DNA of 64,000 nucleotides from the human T2T-CHM13v2.0 reference genome, Homo sapiens (GCF_009914755.1 NC_060941.1), one strand, 5' to 3'; positions 28,700 through 43,103 are shown, numbered from the stretch's first letter. Notes: a model not told the origin generated them from the letters alone. Made by a program: numbers and translations.

Positions 28700-28860
28700 A
28701 TCTGTATATTAAATTACAAATTGCTGATGAAAGAAATCAAAGAGACCTCAATAAATGGAGACATCCCTACTAGGTTCATGGATTGGAGGACTCAACATAA
28801 TAAAGCCATCAATTCTCCCCAAATTAATCTGTAAGTTTATTACAACAGCAACAAAACCAA
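28700..28860 (+). mobile_element. L1M ORF2 fragment
   Basis: ctgatgaaagaaatcaaaga..aataaatggagaca...ttcatggattggaggactcaacata..caattctccccaaattaatct. Confidence 0.75.
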
Positions 28861-30244
28861 TACTAGGAAGGGAGTCATAGGGGCATTACACTCATGTTGT
28901 AGATGATAATTAAGAAGATTATGTATCTTCCCTACAAAGACCAAATCCCACAGATAATAGTACTATTTTCTGATATTTAAAATTTTGCTCTAAGAGATTT
29001 TCGGAGAAAACATTCAAGTCCTTCTAAGGATGCTAGGGCTGTATGGATGCATACATGTGTATCTTCTTTTCCGAAGGGACAAAAAACAAAATAAACCACA
29101 TATTTCCAGGGGAAAACCAAAGCAATAGAGTAGAGAGAAGAAATGTTTGAGTTTGATTCTGCACTAACTTTTCCAAAGCAAGAGTTCTATTCAGTGTGAG
29201 TACCTTCCAGAACAAGGCACTGTGTGGGAAACATCGTAGAAGGCTGTAATCTTTCCCCAGATCATTTCCTGGTTGGGGAATAAACTATTGCAGATTAATG
29301 CAGATTACATTGTGTTCTCTCTGAGGACTGTAGACAAAATAGTGGCTATTAGTTTCTAGGGACTGGAAATTAATAGAGAGGGAGTTTAATGCAAGTCACA
29401 TTCAATCCCATGAGCAAGTCTTTAAAATCTATCAGGTCTAGTTCAAAAATAGGTCTCACATTCCATTATTCTCTCCATCTCCACTATTACTATCTTAGAT
29501 CAGTGGTCCAAAAGATAGGAACAGGAGCATTGACAGTGTGTTTCATGACTTTCAGGCAGTCAATTTCAGAGAAGGCAATAGCAAAGAAGAATCATGTTCC
29601 TTTCTGACTTAAAGAATTTGAGACCCTGTTCCTATTATCTCTGGAATCTAGAGGCATCACATCCCATGCATCCTCTGGCATCATGATCACAGAAGTTTTA
29701 TCTGCAACAGGTGTATGAGGAGCTTATATAACTGTGCATGCTCATACCCTCCTAATCTCATCCGCATGACTATTCTGCAAACACAAAGCATAAAATACCC
29801 CAGACTAGACACCGGCATGAGTCCAACTGAAAAAATTGACAGATCAGCATGGTCTCTGTATAAGCATGTGATAAAATCTCTACAGTCATGTTTTCCAACT
29901 GAATGCTAGCTCTCCCTCCCCTGGATCCCCATAACCTTTCTTCCATTCTCTGATAATAGCTTTTCATTTGCTTTCTCTGCCTGTTAAACTGTAAGTTCCT
30001 GTGGGTAGGGAGCAGGTATGATCACGTGCCTTACTTAACTCAGACAGCAGGATAAAATGAGTCCTCTGGAGTCTCACAGACCTATCCTGGAAGGCCAACT
30101 TTACTAACTGTAGGGCTTTGGGCCCTTAACCTCTCTGAGCCTCAATTCCAATAGGAAAACAGTTATTGTAAGTATCCAATGACATTTATGCAAATGGCTT
30201 AGCCAATGCTTGCCCCTAGCAATTGATGTGATAAATAATACCAC

Positions 30245-30684
30245 TGTATCCTAGGTTGGGCTCTCTAGAGTTAATATTTGAGATGGAGATTTGGGTGTCT
30301 GCGATTTACCTGAAGGAGAGGTCTCAGAAAGAAAGGAGTTAGGGAAGTAAGACAGAGTCGGGGGAGGAGCTAAGCTGAACTCTAGCTTCAGCCTGATCCC
30401 ACAGGGAGGTCTGAAGCATAAATTGCACCAAAAGGTTGGTTCCCTCTTGGGATGGGTCCAGCCATTTCTATCCTCCCCCCATTCAAACCCTCCATATCCA
30501 TTGGTTACTGGCTATAGGCTGCCTTCCTTTGTGGGCACAGAAGGACGTATCCTCCATGGCCAAGCAGCTCCCATGGCCAAGGACAGTTCCACGAAGAATA
30601 GGGCAGTTGTGAGCTGACAGTAACCTATACTCACAGCAACCATGTAAGGGAGATCTGGGAAAGGCACCAGAAACACCCACTACA
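30245..30684 (-). mobile_element. ERVL solo LTR (LTR16/LTR33-like)
   Basis: tgtatcctaggttgggctctc...tgagatggagatttgggtg...cagcctgatcccacaggga...cccactaca. Confidence 0.6.
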
Positions 30685-32051
30685 CTATTATTATATTTGT
30701 ATCATTCTATGTCCAAATATGAGCTTTTGACATGACAGGGACTCAATAAATAGTTGAACTAAATTGAAGAATCTAAATTGCATAGACTGTGCAAAGCCAG
30801 CATGAATAGCTTTTGTCTCATCCGCATATTCAAAATCTTTGGAGACAGCTGTCACATTCCTCCCCTTCACTGGCCCTCAGAATTGCCAAGACTACACAAG
30901 GTTGTAGCACACCCCTAAATTCCCAGGCACACTGATTATGTATGACGCTCACTTAACTGTAAATTTTCTTGCTTCTCTTGTTTCAGAGATTTTCTGGTGC
31001 TAATTACACCTACGCTTACATCCAAATATTTCATTGTGATGCAGATTATACTTGTAAGTGCATGAATTATTCTTTGAAGGCAAAAGGAATTAATAATGTT
31101 TCACCATTCACTGTGACATGTTTCCAAGCATGTAAGTGACAGGTGCACTTTTAAATAATGTACTTTTTCTTCTCCTTGACAAGCAAGAACCCAGATTTAA
31201 AGAGATAGAAGATGTGAAGGATTGTCTTGTGGATCTACTGATGTCATGCTTGGGTTTCCATCTCCATCAGCAAATGAATGAATAAGTAATGTATACAGGT
31301 CCCAGTACCTGCTCAGATTAGATTGTATCAGCAGCCTTACACTCTGAAATACCATTAGGACAAATCCCCAGGCACTCAGGGATAGAAAGAGAGAGCTGGG
31401 TTGGTCATCAGTAGGAATGGAGGAAAGCTTTTTGTAAATCACAAGGTGATTTATAAAGGTCAATTATTAGTATTAATTATTCTACTATCAACTTTATGTT
31501 CAGTGCTCCTGGCTCTACCTACATCTCCTTCTGAATTAATCAGCCCCTTCCAGAGATTTCACATCTGTTCAGGTGACTAGGGACAAATAAAAAGGAGCCT
31601 AAACAGGTTGAGGAACCTGCTCTTTTCTTGTACTTTTATCTAATACTCTCTCTACTGGTAGAGACTAAATTGAATTCAGAAAACAAATCTAGCAGGTGGT
31701 TCTAGAGCCTTAATTGTGAGTGGCCAATAGATAACATATAAAAGGAAATGGGGATTTTATACATCATCATCACCCTCATGAAGTCAAGGAAATGAATGCC
31801 TAAAGACTAGTTGTTGAATTTCAGAAGATTCATGTGTGTAAAACAAGTGGACCTACTGCCCCAATTCACCAGATTTCATTTTAGTTCTATTAGGATCATG
31901 AGGTATTTGAGAAAAGAAGAAAAAGAAAAAAAAAAAACTCACAATTTGGTATGGGCAATACAAAAAGTTCTCTCTCACATGTATTAATACATCCACTTTA
32001 ATGGCAAAAACAGACTTTAATTTTGGAAAGGAATATAGCTGAGCTCTAGAT

Positions 32052-32270
32052 TAGAAGCCCATAAACTATGGACCAAATCTCTCTTCTGCCTGTCTCTGTT
32101 AGTAAAGTTTCATTACAACACAGCCATGCCCATTCATTTACATATTGCCTATGCTTCTTTTAGGATAACAACAGTGGAGCTGAATAGGTGAGAAAAAGAC
32201 CACGCTGGCCACAATGCCAAAAAATAGTTATATTTGGCCCTTTATAGAAAATGTTTGCTGACTCTTGCTC
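32052..32270. mobile_element. MER58A
   Basis: gtaaagtttcattacaacacagccatgcccattcatttacatattgcctatg...tggccctttatagaaaatgtttgctgactcttg. Confidence 0.85.
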
Positions 32271-34683
32271 TACAGCCAAACTCCTTGATATTAAATACTG
32301 GTTCTATCACTTATTAGCTGTGGTACTTTCAGAAAGTTTCTCAATGTAATCATCGTGAAGAAATGAACACTATCTACCACTTAGGGTTGATAGGAAGATT
32401 GAGTAAGTTTAAATATCCAAAGTGCCTAGACCAGCATCTAGCATATATTCAGGATTCAATAACTATTAGCCATTATTATTATAAACAGCAAGAACAAATA
32501 TCCTTCTCCCCATACGCATTGTTGGCTCTCATGCCAAAAGAACCACCCAGAGGCCCTTCTGCCCTTTCTCATGGATAAGTTTGGAATGTCTCTCCAATGT
32601 TCTGAATGCACATAGATACTTTCTAGGTATTCTAGTTATTCTATAGCAGCTGCGCAGAAGGGAAGCCATTTCTTTTCTTTTCCTCTCTTTATTCTTGGAA
32701 GATGGCTTCAGTTAAAAAGCTCAAGCAGAGATTTCAAACCTCCTTCTTCTGTCTAAAATATTTAATGGCCAGCCTAACAACCCTGGCAAAACAACTGGTT
32801 TGTTTTCACAACTCACAGTGTTTTTTCATCTTTAGAATCAATTAGAGGTTCTAAAGATATTGTAGGATCAAAGATTGGCTTAGAATATAAACCTTGAATT
32901 CCTAAGAGAGCTTACAAGTTTGTCCAGATTAGATGCTCAAGATGAACAGAGGGCCCAGCCTCTGTAAGGTAGGAATGTAAAGTGGGGATAAAATTAGTAG
33001 AATTTTGAAAAACCCACCTTTTTGAGAAATACAGATGAATAAATAGATTACACTTCTTTCTCTCTCTCTTTCACTTCCTTTCCACCTTTTCCTTACGGCC
33101 AGGTTAATAATAAAAAGGTCAGTGTTCTGAGTTCTAAAAAAAAATGTATACTGATACCCATATGCATAAGGCATTGCCCTGGGCACCATGGAGAAATTCA
33201 ATGTGGTAAAATTCCCATCCTAGGGAGTTAATAATCTGCTTGAGAAAGCAAGACAAGCCCATGAAAAGTTAAATAGCAATTAATGAGTTCAATGACAGTA
33301 CAAGACAACAGTGGAAAAGATACTGCTATGCAATAAGTAATTAGTTGCTAAATTCAGATAGTTAATATTATAGAAATTTCAGGGGAAAATAAAATCCACA
33401 TGATGTAAATTTGTTAACCAAAACACAAGAAAATGGCCATCCTACTTCCTCTTACTGAAGGAAGATAAAAACACTAAAGTTAAATATGTATTTACATTTC
33501 AAGTGAGTAATTTGAGGTGTTTTCATTTAAAATAAACATTAATTAACTAGCTTCCCAGGCTAACAATGTGTGTTAATCAGTCGCTGAACCTTGTTTTCTA
33601 ACAACTTCAGCTGTAATGTGTAGGTTAGACCAAAAGATTCAGATGGAAATCAGAACACCAGGAATGGTGAAGTCTTAGAAGAAGGCATGCTCCTGTAGCA
33701 AAAACAGGAGGATGGGATGGGGTCCTGAACAGCATCAAAAGGCCCACAAGTTGACAGAACATAGCTGAATATCAGAGTAGCCTCCCCAGAGTCAGTACGA
33801 ATGAACAGGCATGGCTGAATTCTAAAACATTCTAGAAAGATTAAGCTAAAACATCTACAAGTGAGTCTCCTGAATGAAGCTTCTTTATCATATTCACCAA
33901 TTCACTGCATCCACCCTTATTTCCTAGATGTTTGGGGAAGAGGCTTATATCCAGATATGCCACCAAATTCAAATTTAACTACACCCTCAGATTTCTGCTC
34001 CTTTTGGACCACTAGAGTTCTTATTTTGGAGCTTGATGATCTGCTTGTATAAACTCCGTAAGCATAGCAGTAAAGAATGTGACTCCCAAACTAAACTACC
34101 TAGGTTCCAATCCCAATCCCACTGCTGTGATCTGGAGCAAATTGCTTATCCATCCACTGAGCCTCAGTTTGCCCAGTTGTAAATGGGAAGGATACTAGTA
34201 TTAAACTCATACAGTTGTCATTAGGGCCAAATGTGCTAATACATGTGAAGCTTTTTGAACTATACATAGTAAATTCCTTATAAATATAAGCTGGCATACC
34301 CTGTCACTGCTAAGTAAGAGGGCAGAATTAGTAATTCTTTTAATTACTTAACATGCCAGCTATAGAGGCAACCTGCCTCCTTCTCTGGGACCAACACTGG
34401 TCCTACAAATGGAGCTATAACAAGTTGGAGTTTATCAATTTGGTAGTCTTCTTTCTGGCCTTGTGTGTATCTTACCCCACTCCTTCCACTAATACGACCT
34501 AATTATAATATTATAATTAATTCAAAAATTGTCCTTCTACCTATCAGGTCCTGGCTCCAGACTACCTGTGTTTCTCTGGAAAGAGCTATTAGTGTTGACC
34601 AATGTCAGTGATTCTAAAAACTAAGTCATTGCATCCCAGCCATTCTCCATCCACTGGGGCCCCCTAATGCTATGCTCTGCCAC

Positions 34684-35081
34684 TGATATATGCAGGAGAC
34701 AGATAAGGAAGGGTCCCCAGAGAATTTCTGACCTGCCCCACAAGTGTTTACACCAGATGTTTTTGTGCAGATAAGGGAACCTGCACAGGGTCTTTCCTGG
34801 GCATGCCCACATGCACTGAAGGAATGGAGTGGAGCCACCAGGAATTCACACCTTATGCAGGGGAGGAGCCTGGCCTCTTCAGCTCCTGTGTGGTGGCCTG
34901 GTATTCAATCTGCGAGGTGGGAGCCTATTGGCAGGGCCCCTTCTTTCTTTGCTGAGAGATTTATTTTCGCCTAATACAACCACTTTCCTCACCCTTCAAC
35001 GTGTCTGTGTGCCTAATTTTTCCTGGTCTTGAGACAAGACCTAGATTTTAGCCAAGCTAAGGAGCAAAAAATCCTGCATCA
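34684..35081 (+). mobile_element. MER61-type 5' LTR
   Basis: tgatatatgcaggagacagataagg...ctaaggagcaaaaaatcctgcatca; 18-bp deletion relative to the 3' LTR. Confidence 0.88.
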
Positions 35082-35084
35082 TTT

Positions 35085-35102
35085 TGGTGGCCCATATGGG
35101 GA
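35085..35102 (+). other. Retroviral primer-binding site (tRNA-Ile)
   Basis: TGGTGGCCCATATGGGGA versus the tRNA-Ile(AAU) 3'-end complement TGGTGGCCCGTACGGGGA; both differences are CpG decay. Confidence 0.75.
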
Positions 35103-35545
35103 CCTGAGGAAGGGTGAGTAAAATACGGACCTGAATGTTTCTTTCCCTTTTGTTTTGGAGCCTTCTTGTTCTCAGATTTCTTCTAAAGGTAGAAAAAACT
35201 GAGACTTGCCTTGTCACTCTTGGGGGTCAGGAATGTTGGCCTCAGTCCAGCCCAGTTTTTTCTATGGCAATTTCCTTCTTTTTATTAGGACTGTAATGGC
35301 AGCTATCTTTTCTTTTACAATATTGGGGGTGTTCCACCCCCACCCCAATGGCCACAGGTGCATGCACAGGACAGATGGGTGAGCAGCAGCTCCCCGCCCC
35401 CCTCCCCTCTCGGTTGGGGCTGGGGCACATGGCCCAAGGGCCCTGCGTGGCTGGCTGGCCAGCATTCCCTGCCATGCACCGGGAGTCTTCCCCTCTCCTG
35501 GCCAAGGGGTCCACCTCAGTCCAACAGCAATTAAAAGTTTCTCTC

Positions 35546-35834
<289 letters not shown>

Positions 35835-38800
35835 AAAAGTTTCTCTCCCTGTTGGAGAAACCCATTTACATAAGAATAAGAGGTTATTCCCCCAGGCATC
35901 TTTCCAGTCCTGCACTTAAACTATTATTATTTTCTTCTTTTTTCACCCTATCAGGAGTTAACTTTTGTGTGAGAGATTTTTCCTTTTAGAAGGTGTTTTT
36001 ACTAGGCCAGGACCCCAATTCACAAGATGCTCTTTTCTCTCCCTTGTTGGAGGGGAACTTGGTTCCACAGCTTTGCCTTAACATTCAGCTTATAAGGAGT
36101 CCATGAAACCCCATGAGACACATTTTTGCCCCAAACTCCATTCCAAGCTTTGGAACTTGAAGGCTACTGACAGCAGGCGGGACATGGAGTTCATGGGTAA
36201 GAGCAGATAATCCCTCCCTCAGGCCCCCCTATTAACATGGGTGAAAGCCACATTGACACTCATGGGCAGCACCCTGTCATGGCCACTGGGATTCGGGAAT
36301 AAAAAGATGGAAGAAGGAAAAAGGATGCTTTTTCCTTCTCTCACTCATATAGCCTGGGTATTCACTAAAAAGAGAAAGGGACCAGGGGTGCCTGTTACCC
36401 CTTCTAGATGAGTAGCCATTCATCTTTAGTCTAGTTGGCTTGGAGTTGAGCTCAGGGGAAAGGAACCCAGAAGCCTGACATGCTGGCAAAAGGGTAAAAG
36501 TTTTTACCAGTTGGGCTTTTGGCTTCCCTCTCCCTGTGCACACCAGTAAGAGGAATGATAAGAATCACTGTTTATATTATCTGTGAAGTTCTGATTAATG
36601 AAAAAGGATATATGAGGTTGGTCTTAAGCTGTAGCCAATCTGGTATGCTTTGCGTGTCTTAATTGAGGTTTGTTGGTCCCACTGGTGAGGTTACTTTTGA
36701 TAAAGTTCAAAAGCTAGATACATCAGCTGCTTGGCATGGCTAAAGTGAACTAATAAGGGATTTAAAAGGATTTTCTTAAAGAGAGCTCAGCTTAATTAGA
36801 AGTGTATATCCAAGTTATAGGTATATTTAAAAGGCCTTTATGTTTTTCTCTTCTTGAATCTTATTTTGCTGAAAAAAGGGTTTTCCTCAGTTGACTGAAT
36901 TATTTTTCTCCATTTTGCCTTGCCACTCTTAATGCATGCATTAGAGCCCCTAAGATAATTTCTGATGGCCTGGGACTCCTTGGGAAAGACAGAAAAGACA
37001 CCACGGATTCCATTTTGGGAGAAACCTCTGTTTTCCTCATGGAAGCCCAGGAATTAGAAGCGGATAAATCCCTCTCAAAATCTGTTTTTGTCTTCCAGCT
37101 ATACCTGTTTATTGGGCCCTGGAAACAGCATGCTCTTAAAGGGCTCCATCCTGAGGCAAATAATCCAATTGGGATTGTTGAGATTGGGATTTTTTTTCTT
37201 TTTTCTCCACCCTGAGAATTGAGATTGGCAAATGAAAAATTTTATAGCTACTGGATCTTCTTCTGTCTGTGTAGTTATATATGTGTTGTGTGTGATGTCT
37301 ATAAAAAAGAGCTCTAATTAATTGGCTTAAAGAAAAATAAGCACTTAGATCAAACTTAGTCAAACTTTATTGATGCCTAGCACATAATTAAAACAACTTA
37401 CCAGATTTTACATTACAGTTAAAAATTCCTAAGAGTTACCACTATAACATGTAATTGAGACCACTGAAAATGGATTTACATACAAGGTGTGTAAGAACAG
37501 TAAAATGTGTTTTTAGTAAAAGATTATAAGAGGGCATGGAAATGTAAATTTTTGCCTAGGGCTAAAGAATTTTTTAAAATTAGATAAGATAAAGCTAAAG
37601 GTTTAAACACATTGTGGAAGGTTTCTAAGAATTAATCTTGCAAAAGAAATTCTGTGTTTGCACATTGACAAAATTCAAAGGGGTATTATATGGTTTTAAT
37701 TCAAAAGGGTATTATATGGTTTTTCTGTAAATGGAACATTGAAGTAAAAGCACAACAAGGTTTTCTTAAGGCACTAATCTGCTCTTTAGCAAAATTTGTA
37801 GAGGGTTATAAAAGGATTATAAGGATCTCACCTGGTGGTTAAACTGGTTAAGATAAGATAGAATTGTCTGTAAAGTTTCATTAGAAAATTGGGATAGACG
37901 TTAATAGTAAGGGTAAAATTACTATTAATGTAAGGGTAAAATTTGGCTTTCTCTCCCTTGTACAAGATTTTCACGTACTAGTAAAGGATAATGAGCGATT
38001 TTCATTTGCCTTGTGGATAGACTGCCAAGGAAAAGAAAGAGCAGACAAGAGAAAAATTTTTTGGAAAACAAAGTCTTCCCTGTTAATGAGTAAAGATTTT
38101 CTGCCTTGTTTTAAAATTCCTAAGTCATCGTTTTGGCAAAATAAATAACTTATGGTAATCTGAAATTCTATTTTATAGCATCAAGTGTTTTAAATTTTTA
38201 ACATATTTAACAGGCTTCCCTGAATCAAATTTCAGCTTCAGGTTGTCTTTTCTGACCTCAGCTTTTGGATGCTACAGATGGCCCCTGGAGCACCCAAAAG
38301 AGAGGTAAACAGGATTATTTGACATGTTGAGGTACATGGGATTGCCAAAATGATGTTTAATCTTCTTCAGGTTATAATTTAGGGAATAATATTAATATAT
38401 ATTCCAAAATTGTATGGGATTTCTAAAATTCTAATGTTTGGGTATATGCTATCAATCATGATTAAGGTTGATATTATGTTAAGTTATTGTAAACCACAGA
38501 GATAACCAAATTTCTTTGTCAATCGTGTTTTTGACTGTAACTACCCTAGAATTTTTTTTATTCACAGGCAATTGTTGTCTTGTTTTGATCCTGTTCAAAA
38601 GATGGTTTATAATCAGCTATAGAACTTTGACAGGTACTCTCAAATGCAGATTTCTTGTAATTTTGGAGATTGTGACATTGGAATAATGAATTCATGAAGA
38701 GCTGAAATGTTCATGAATATCAAATAGAACAAGAGTTAATGGAATGGACTGAACTAATAGAAAACTGAAGTAGCCTTTTTAAATGTTTGCTTAGAACACT

Positions 38801-40146
38801 GCTGATCCTTGTTTTGTTTTTCAGAGTCAAGGAACCTTATGTTCAGCTATTTATGGCCTTTAATAATTGAATAAAGTACAATTCTGTGACAAAATTTGGA
38901 GCATATTTGTTTCTCTTTGCCTGGTTTCTCCAGAATTTGGAAACTAGTCATGAGTATTCATGACTTATGGCAGTATTCATGACTTATGGCAAAATAGTTA
39001 TTTGTGTCAGTGCAATAAGAATCCATTTTCTTTTGCAACAGAATGCAAGTGGAGAAACTGGTTGTTTTACCAAAGCTTTGACTGGAAGGGTATGCATCCC
39101 GTTAAGGAATCAAGCTTGACTTGCAGAGCTGATAAAAGTCCCTTGGGAAAACTGGCCTCACACCTTGTATTCACAGTCCCTGTACAGGGTTCCTGACCCA
39201 TGGTAAGTAAAGAATGTTGCTTTCTAACAAGTCCAGGAATCACATGTTCTTGGACCTCAAGAAGAGAGGAGTTTATGCAACTCAGGTATTTGAGGGTACA
39301 AACTCATGGCTGGGCTCAGCTTTAAAAAAAAGAAGAAAAAGTCTTATCTCAGATTCCTTGTGGAACAGAGTTCCATCAAAGCCAATCTGAAAGGCCTATG
39401 TAAAAATAATTATTTGTGCTGTACTTTATGCAAATAATCAGGCCAAGTATAAGACTAAAGTCTATTTTTCAAACAACTCAGTCCCATCATGATTTCTTTT
39501 TGACAAGAATGAGGACTGGAGAGAGATAAATTATGTTCCAAAACTTAGACATTTGTCATTAAATTCTAGACTCATTAGCTGTTTTAATTTTTTTTCCCCC
39601 ACATTATAAGTTAACTCTGATTATTCCTGTGAACCAACCAGTGATCTCCAACTGCAGCTCAGAAGAAACAAAAGAGATGAGTAATGTAAAAATCTGGATC
39701 AAATAGTCTAGTTCTGGGCAATTACCTTGCAAATCCTGGCAGGTGATAGGAGTAAATAGGGTGCCCATCACCCAGAGGTATCCTTTTTGAGAAAATAAGA
39801 CCAAGGGAGCTAACCAAAGTCAAGCCCCATGCACCCAAATCTTAGCAAGCATAACTATAGCCACCAGTTATCTGTGTGTGCCAGCAGCCTTGGGATTTTT
39901 GAGCTGCCCTTACCCATCCCTTTTTGTTTCATTTTGATACATGTTTTCCAATAACCCAGTTTGTCTCTTCTGGCCTTCAGGCCATCAAACTCCAAATACT
40001 CCAAATAGTCCTGCCACCGGAGCCTTTGATGATCACCCCTTTTACCAGGGACCCTTATATAGGCCTATGAGGGAGATCTGATTGCTGATTCCCCAAAACA
40101 GCACCCCTGTCAGCAGGAAGCAGTTAATATTGGTCTTCATCCTTAA

Positions 40147-40206
40147 CCTTATCCTTATCCTTATCCTTATCCTTATCCTTATCCTTATCCTTATCCTTAT
40201 CCTTAT
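40147..40206. repeat. (CCTTAT)10 hexanucleotide microsatellite
   Basis: Ten perfect units, followed by a perfect 27-bp tandem duplication at 40210-40263. Confidence 0.95.
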
Positions 40207-40277
40207 CTTTAACCTAAGGGCATTTAGATGTACTTCTAACCTAAGGGCATTTAGATGTACTTCTTTAGTAGGGGGAA

Positions 40278-40695
40278 TGATAGATGCAGGAGGCAGATAA
40301 GGAAGTGTCCCTGGAGAATCTCTGACCTGCCCCACAAGTGTTTATGCCAGATGTCTTTGTGCAGCTGGGGGAACCTGCACAGGGTCTTGCCTGGGCATGC
40401 CCACAAGGGACTGGTGGCCCATGTGCACTGGGTCAATGGGGTGGAGCCACCAGGAATTCACGCCTCATGCAGGGGGAGAAGGCTAGCCTCTTCAGCTCAT
40501 GTGTGGTAGCCTGGTATTCGATCTGTGAGGTGGGATCCTGTTGGCAGGACCCACTCTTTCTTTGCTGAGAGCATTCTTTTCACCTGATAAATCTACCTTT
40601 CTCACCCTTCAATGTGTCTGCATATCTAAGTTTTCCTTGTTGTGAGACAAGGACCTGGATTTTAGCTGAACTAAGGAGGAAAGAATCCTGTATCA
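40278..40695 (+). mobile_element. MER61-type 3' LTR
   Basis: tgatagatgcaggaggcagataagg...ctaaggaggaaagaatcctgtatca; about 85% identical to the 5' LTR by manual alignment. Confidence 0.88.
40383..40402. promoter_or_regulatory. p53 response element in the 3' LTR
   Basis: GGTCTTGCCT GGGCATGCCC, zero spacer, 19/20 match to (RRRCWWGYYY)2. Confidence 0.65.
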
Positions 40696-41388
40696 TTACC
40701 TTCTGAGAACTTGTTTATGGTAGGACTGCTCAAATGATGACTACATATTAACCTGGATACCTTCCACTGTTCTGTTGAAATCTTCACCCATCACTTCCCT
40801 GCCTCCAAGAATCTGACTGGTTTCCATGTCTTTGCCATATGTGGTTTGGTGTCTAATCTACTTAAATGCTGTCAGAGTTTTCCATATAGCAGATAGCCTC
40901 AAAAGGCTGAATCACCTCCTCTCTTGCAGACGTTATGGCAAATACGCTAAGAAATCCTTCCAAGCACTCTCAAAGGATTCACCTTCTCTGCCTCATCTCT
41001 GGTTAGTTGGTTTGACAAAATGAGAAGACGAGGGTGACATTCAGAACTCCTTGATTCTGCTATTATTGGCAAAACTGTCTCATTAGCATTAAAATAGGGA
41101 GAAGACCTAGGTTGGAAGGGATATTGCTTAAAAAAGAAAAAAAAAGACTTCTGCTTAGCATGCAAACTAAAGCCTAATACTTAGTATGTGCTGCAGAACA
41201 GAGTTGCTGAATAGTTCTGCCATAAATCATTCTACAATGCTTAGGTATGTGAAGCTGTAAACCCATTCCATAATTTTCATTAGAAAGAGACCTTCATTTC
41301 AAAAAAAAAGAATTGCAGCCCCTCAGTAGAGATCCTCTGGAAATCACATAAAATGGAAAAAAATGAGGGAATCTCTATCTATCTCTAA

Positions 41389-41428
41389 ACACACACACAC
41401 ACAGATACACACACACACACACACACAC
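41389..41428. repeat. (CA)n microsatellite, interrupted
   Basis: acacacacacacacagatacacacacacacacacacacac. Confidence 0.9.
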
Positions 41429-41889
41429 CAGGGCAAAATATTAACTTCCAATCACTGCTAGAAGGCACTAGGTCAATCACAGCTCAGAACACAGTGAAAA
41501 TTGTGTTACAAAAGCAAGCCCGTCTCCCAGACAATCCTGCCCCTGCTGCACACCTGTGCTGCCTTCTCATCCAATGGCCTCCAGAAACCTGTAGGCAAGA
41601 AGCTGATCATTAGGAGCCTTGACCTACTCACTCGTCCCCAACCTCTGGTGCATCTCTCAGAATGTAGCAATTATTATCCTAGCACCAACAGCAGCAAACT
41701 AACATCTCACCCACAAATATACTTCTTACTGCCTTTCATCGTGTAGCAAATATCCTTTTATGCACACCTCAATCAGAATTACCCAAACAGCCATTAACAC
41801 AGCTTGGAGAGGGAGAAGAGTAAGAAAAAGTTCTAAAACCAGACAAATCAACTGCAAAGTCAAATTTGTATTAAGAACCCACAGATGCT

Positions 41890-42303
41890 GGGGGCTAGTT
41901 GATGGAAGTTAGGCAGGTAAGGCAAAATTTAAGGTGCATTAAAAAGCTCAGTGACTGAGATAGATAAATTATATTCTAATGCAATACATTTTTTAAAATA
42001 GAAGTTAATACAGATAAATTCATTGTGAACCAAATATCAAAATTTTAAATAATAAAATTCAGCAGTACCATAATGAGCCATTTTAAAGCCTAAGACAAAA
42101 GAGAAAATCAGTGATGCTGATCGTGTTTTCATTAAATATTTGGATATTTCATTCATCATGGATTTTTTTTGCATGAAGTTTGATTTTTTAAAAATGTTTT
42201 ATTAAAATATTACATATCTTGATTTAGGAGTTTCCTGGTGGCACCCTCTTAAATTTGCACCCAAGGCAAGCTCCTTGCTTATCCCATGCTTATCCCTGCC
42301 CTG
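41890..42303. mobile_element. MER96B-like hAT element
   Basis: gcaaaatttaaggtgca...aatgcaata...aatatcaaaattttaa with inverted counterpart ...cttaaatttgcacccaaggcaag...ccctg. Confidence 0.7.
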
Positions 42304-43045
42304 CTCCAAATTACTGATAATTCTTGTATCACTAGAAAGAACAAGTATTGTCTTCTGATATAGCCTTCCATAATATTGCTACCCATCTTATCTTAAAAAG
42401 TCAGAGGCCCCGGAATTAGTACAAGTGGAATGGAGGGCAGATCCTACTTAAGCATTCTTAAACAGCTTAAATACGCCTCTTGGGTTCAACTGCTATGGCT
42501 TTTATTCAAGAGAAACTGTAATTGGAAAGTCACAAATTTAACATTAACTTTTCCATTTCTGCTGTATGTTGGGTTTAGTTTCACAAACAAGGTCCTTTTA
42601 GATCAGTAATTCCCAGGCTTTATACCATCAAAGACTCTTTTTCTCCCCACCTGTAACCAGGGCTTGTGTTTTGAAATACTTTTTTTTTGCCAAACATTTA
42701 TGAATGAATTTATGCATAAATTCTGTCCACCATTTAATAGGCCAAGATATCTGAATTTGCCAATCATATATTCTGATCAGTGGGAGATCACCTATGATTG
42801 CCAGAGGGAACCAGCACAATTGTGATCAAAGGCGGAGATACTTGACCTGCAACTCAGCCTGCCAAGCTTCATCAAGGATGCCACAATTTCATTAGATATT
42901 TTGAAATACTGAGTTCTCAAAAATAATTATAATGAAATATTAACTTAAAAGAGTGACATGAAAGAAATGGTAGGTATACCATGTTTTCACCTAGCTTTAT
43001 AAAACTGTAATGTAAAAAAGTTTGGTATAGTAGTAACAGGATTAC

Positions 43046-43084
<39 letters not shown>

Positions 43085-43103
43085 TATATATATGGGGTGT
43101 GTG
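43046..43103. repeat. Compound (TA)n/(TG)n microsatellite
   Basis: Two (TG)n runs separated by TA/GG. Confidence 0.9.

Noticed and set aside
40042-40335. ORFs with (IR)n or (IL)n repeats
   Set aside because: Artefact of the (CCTTAT)n microsatellite.
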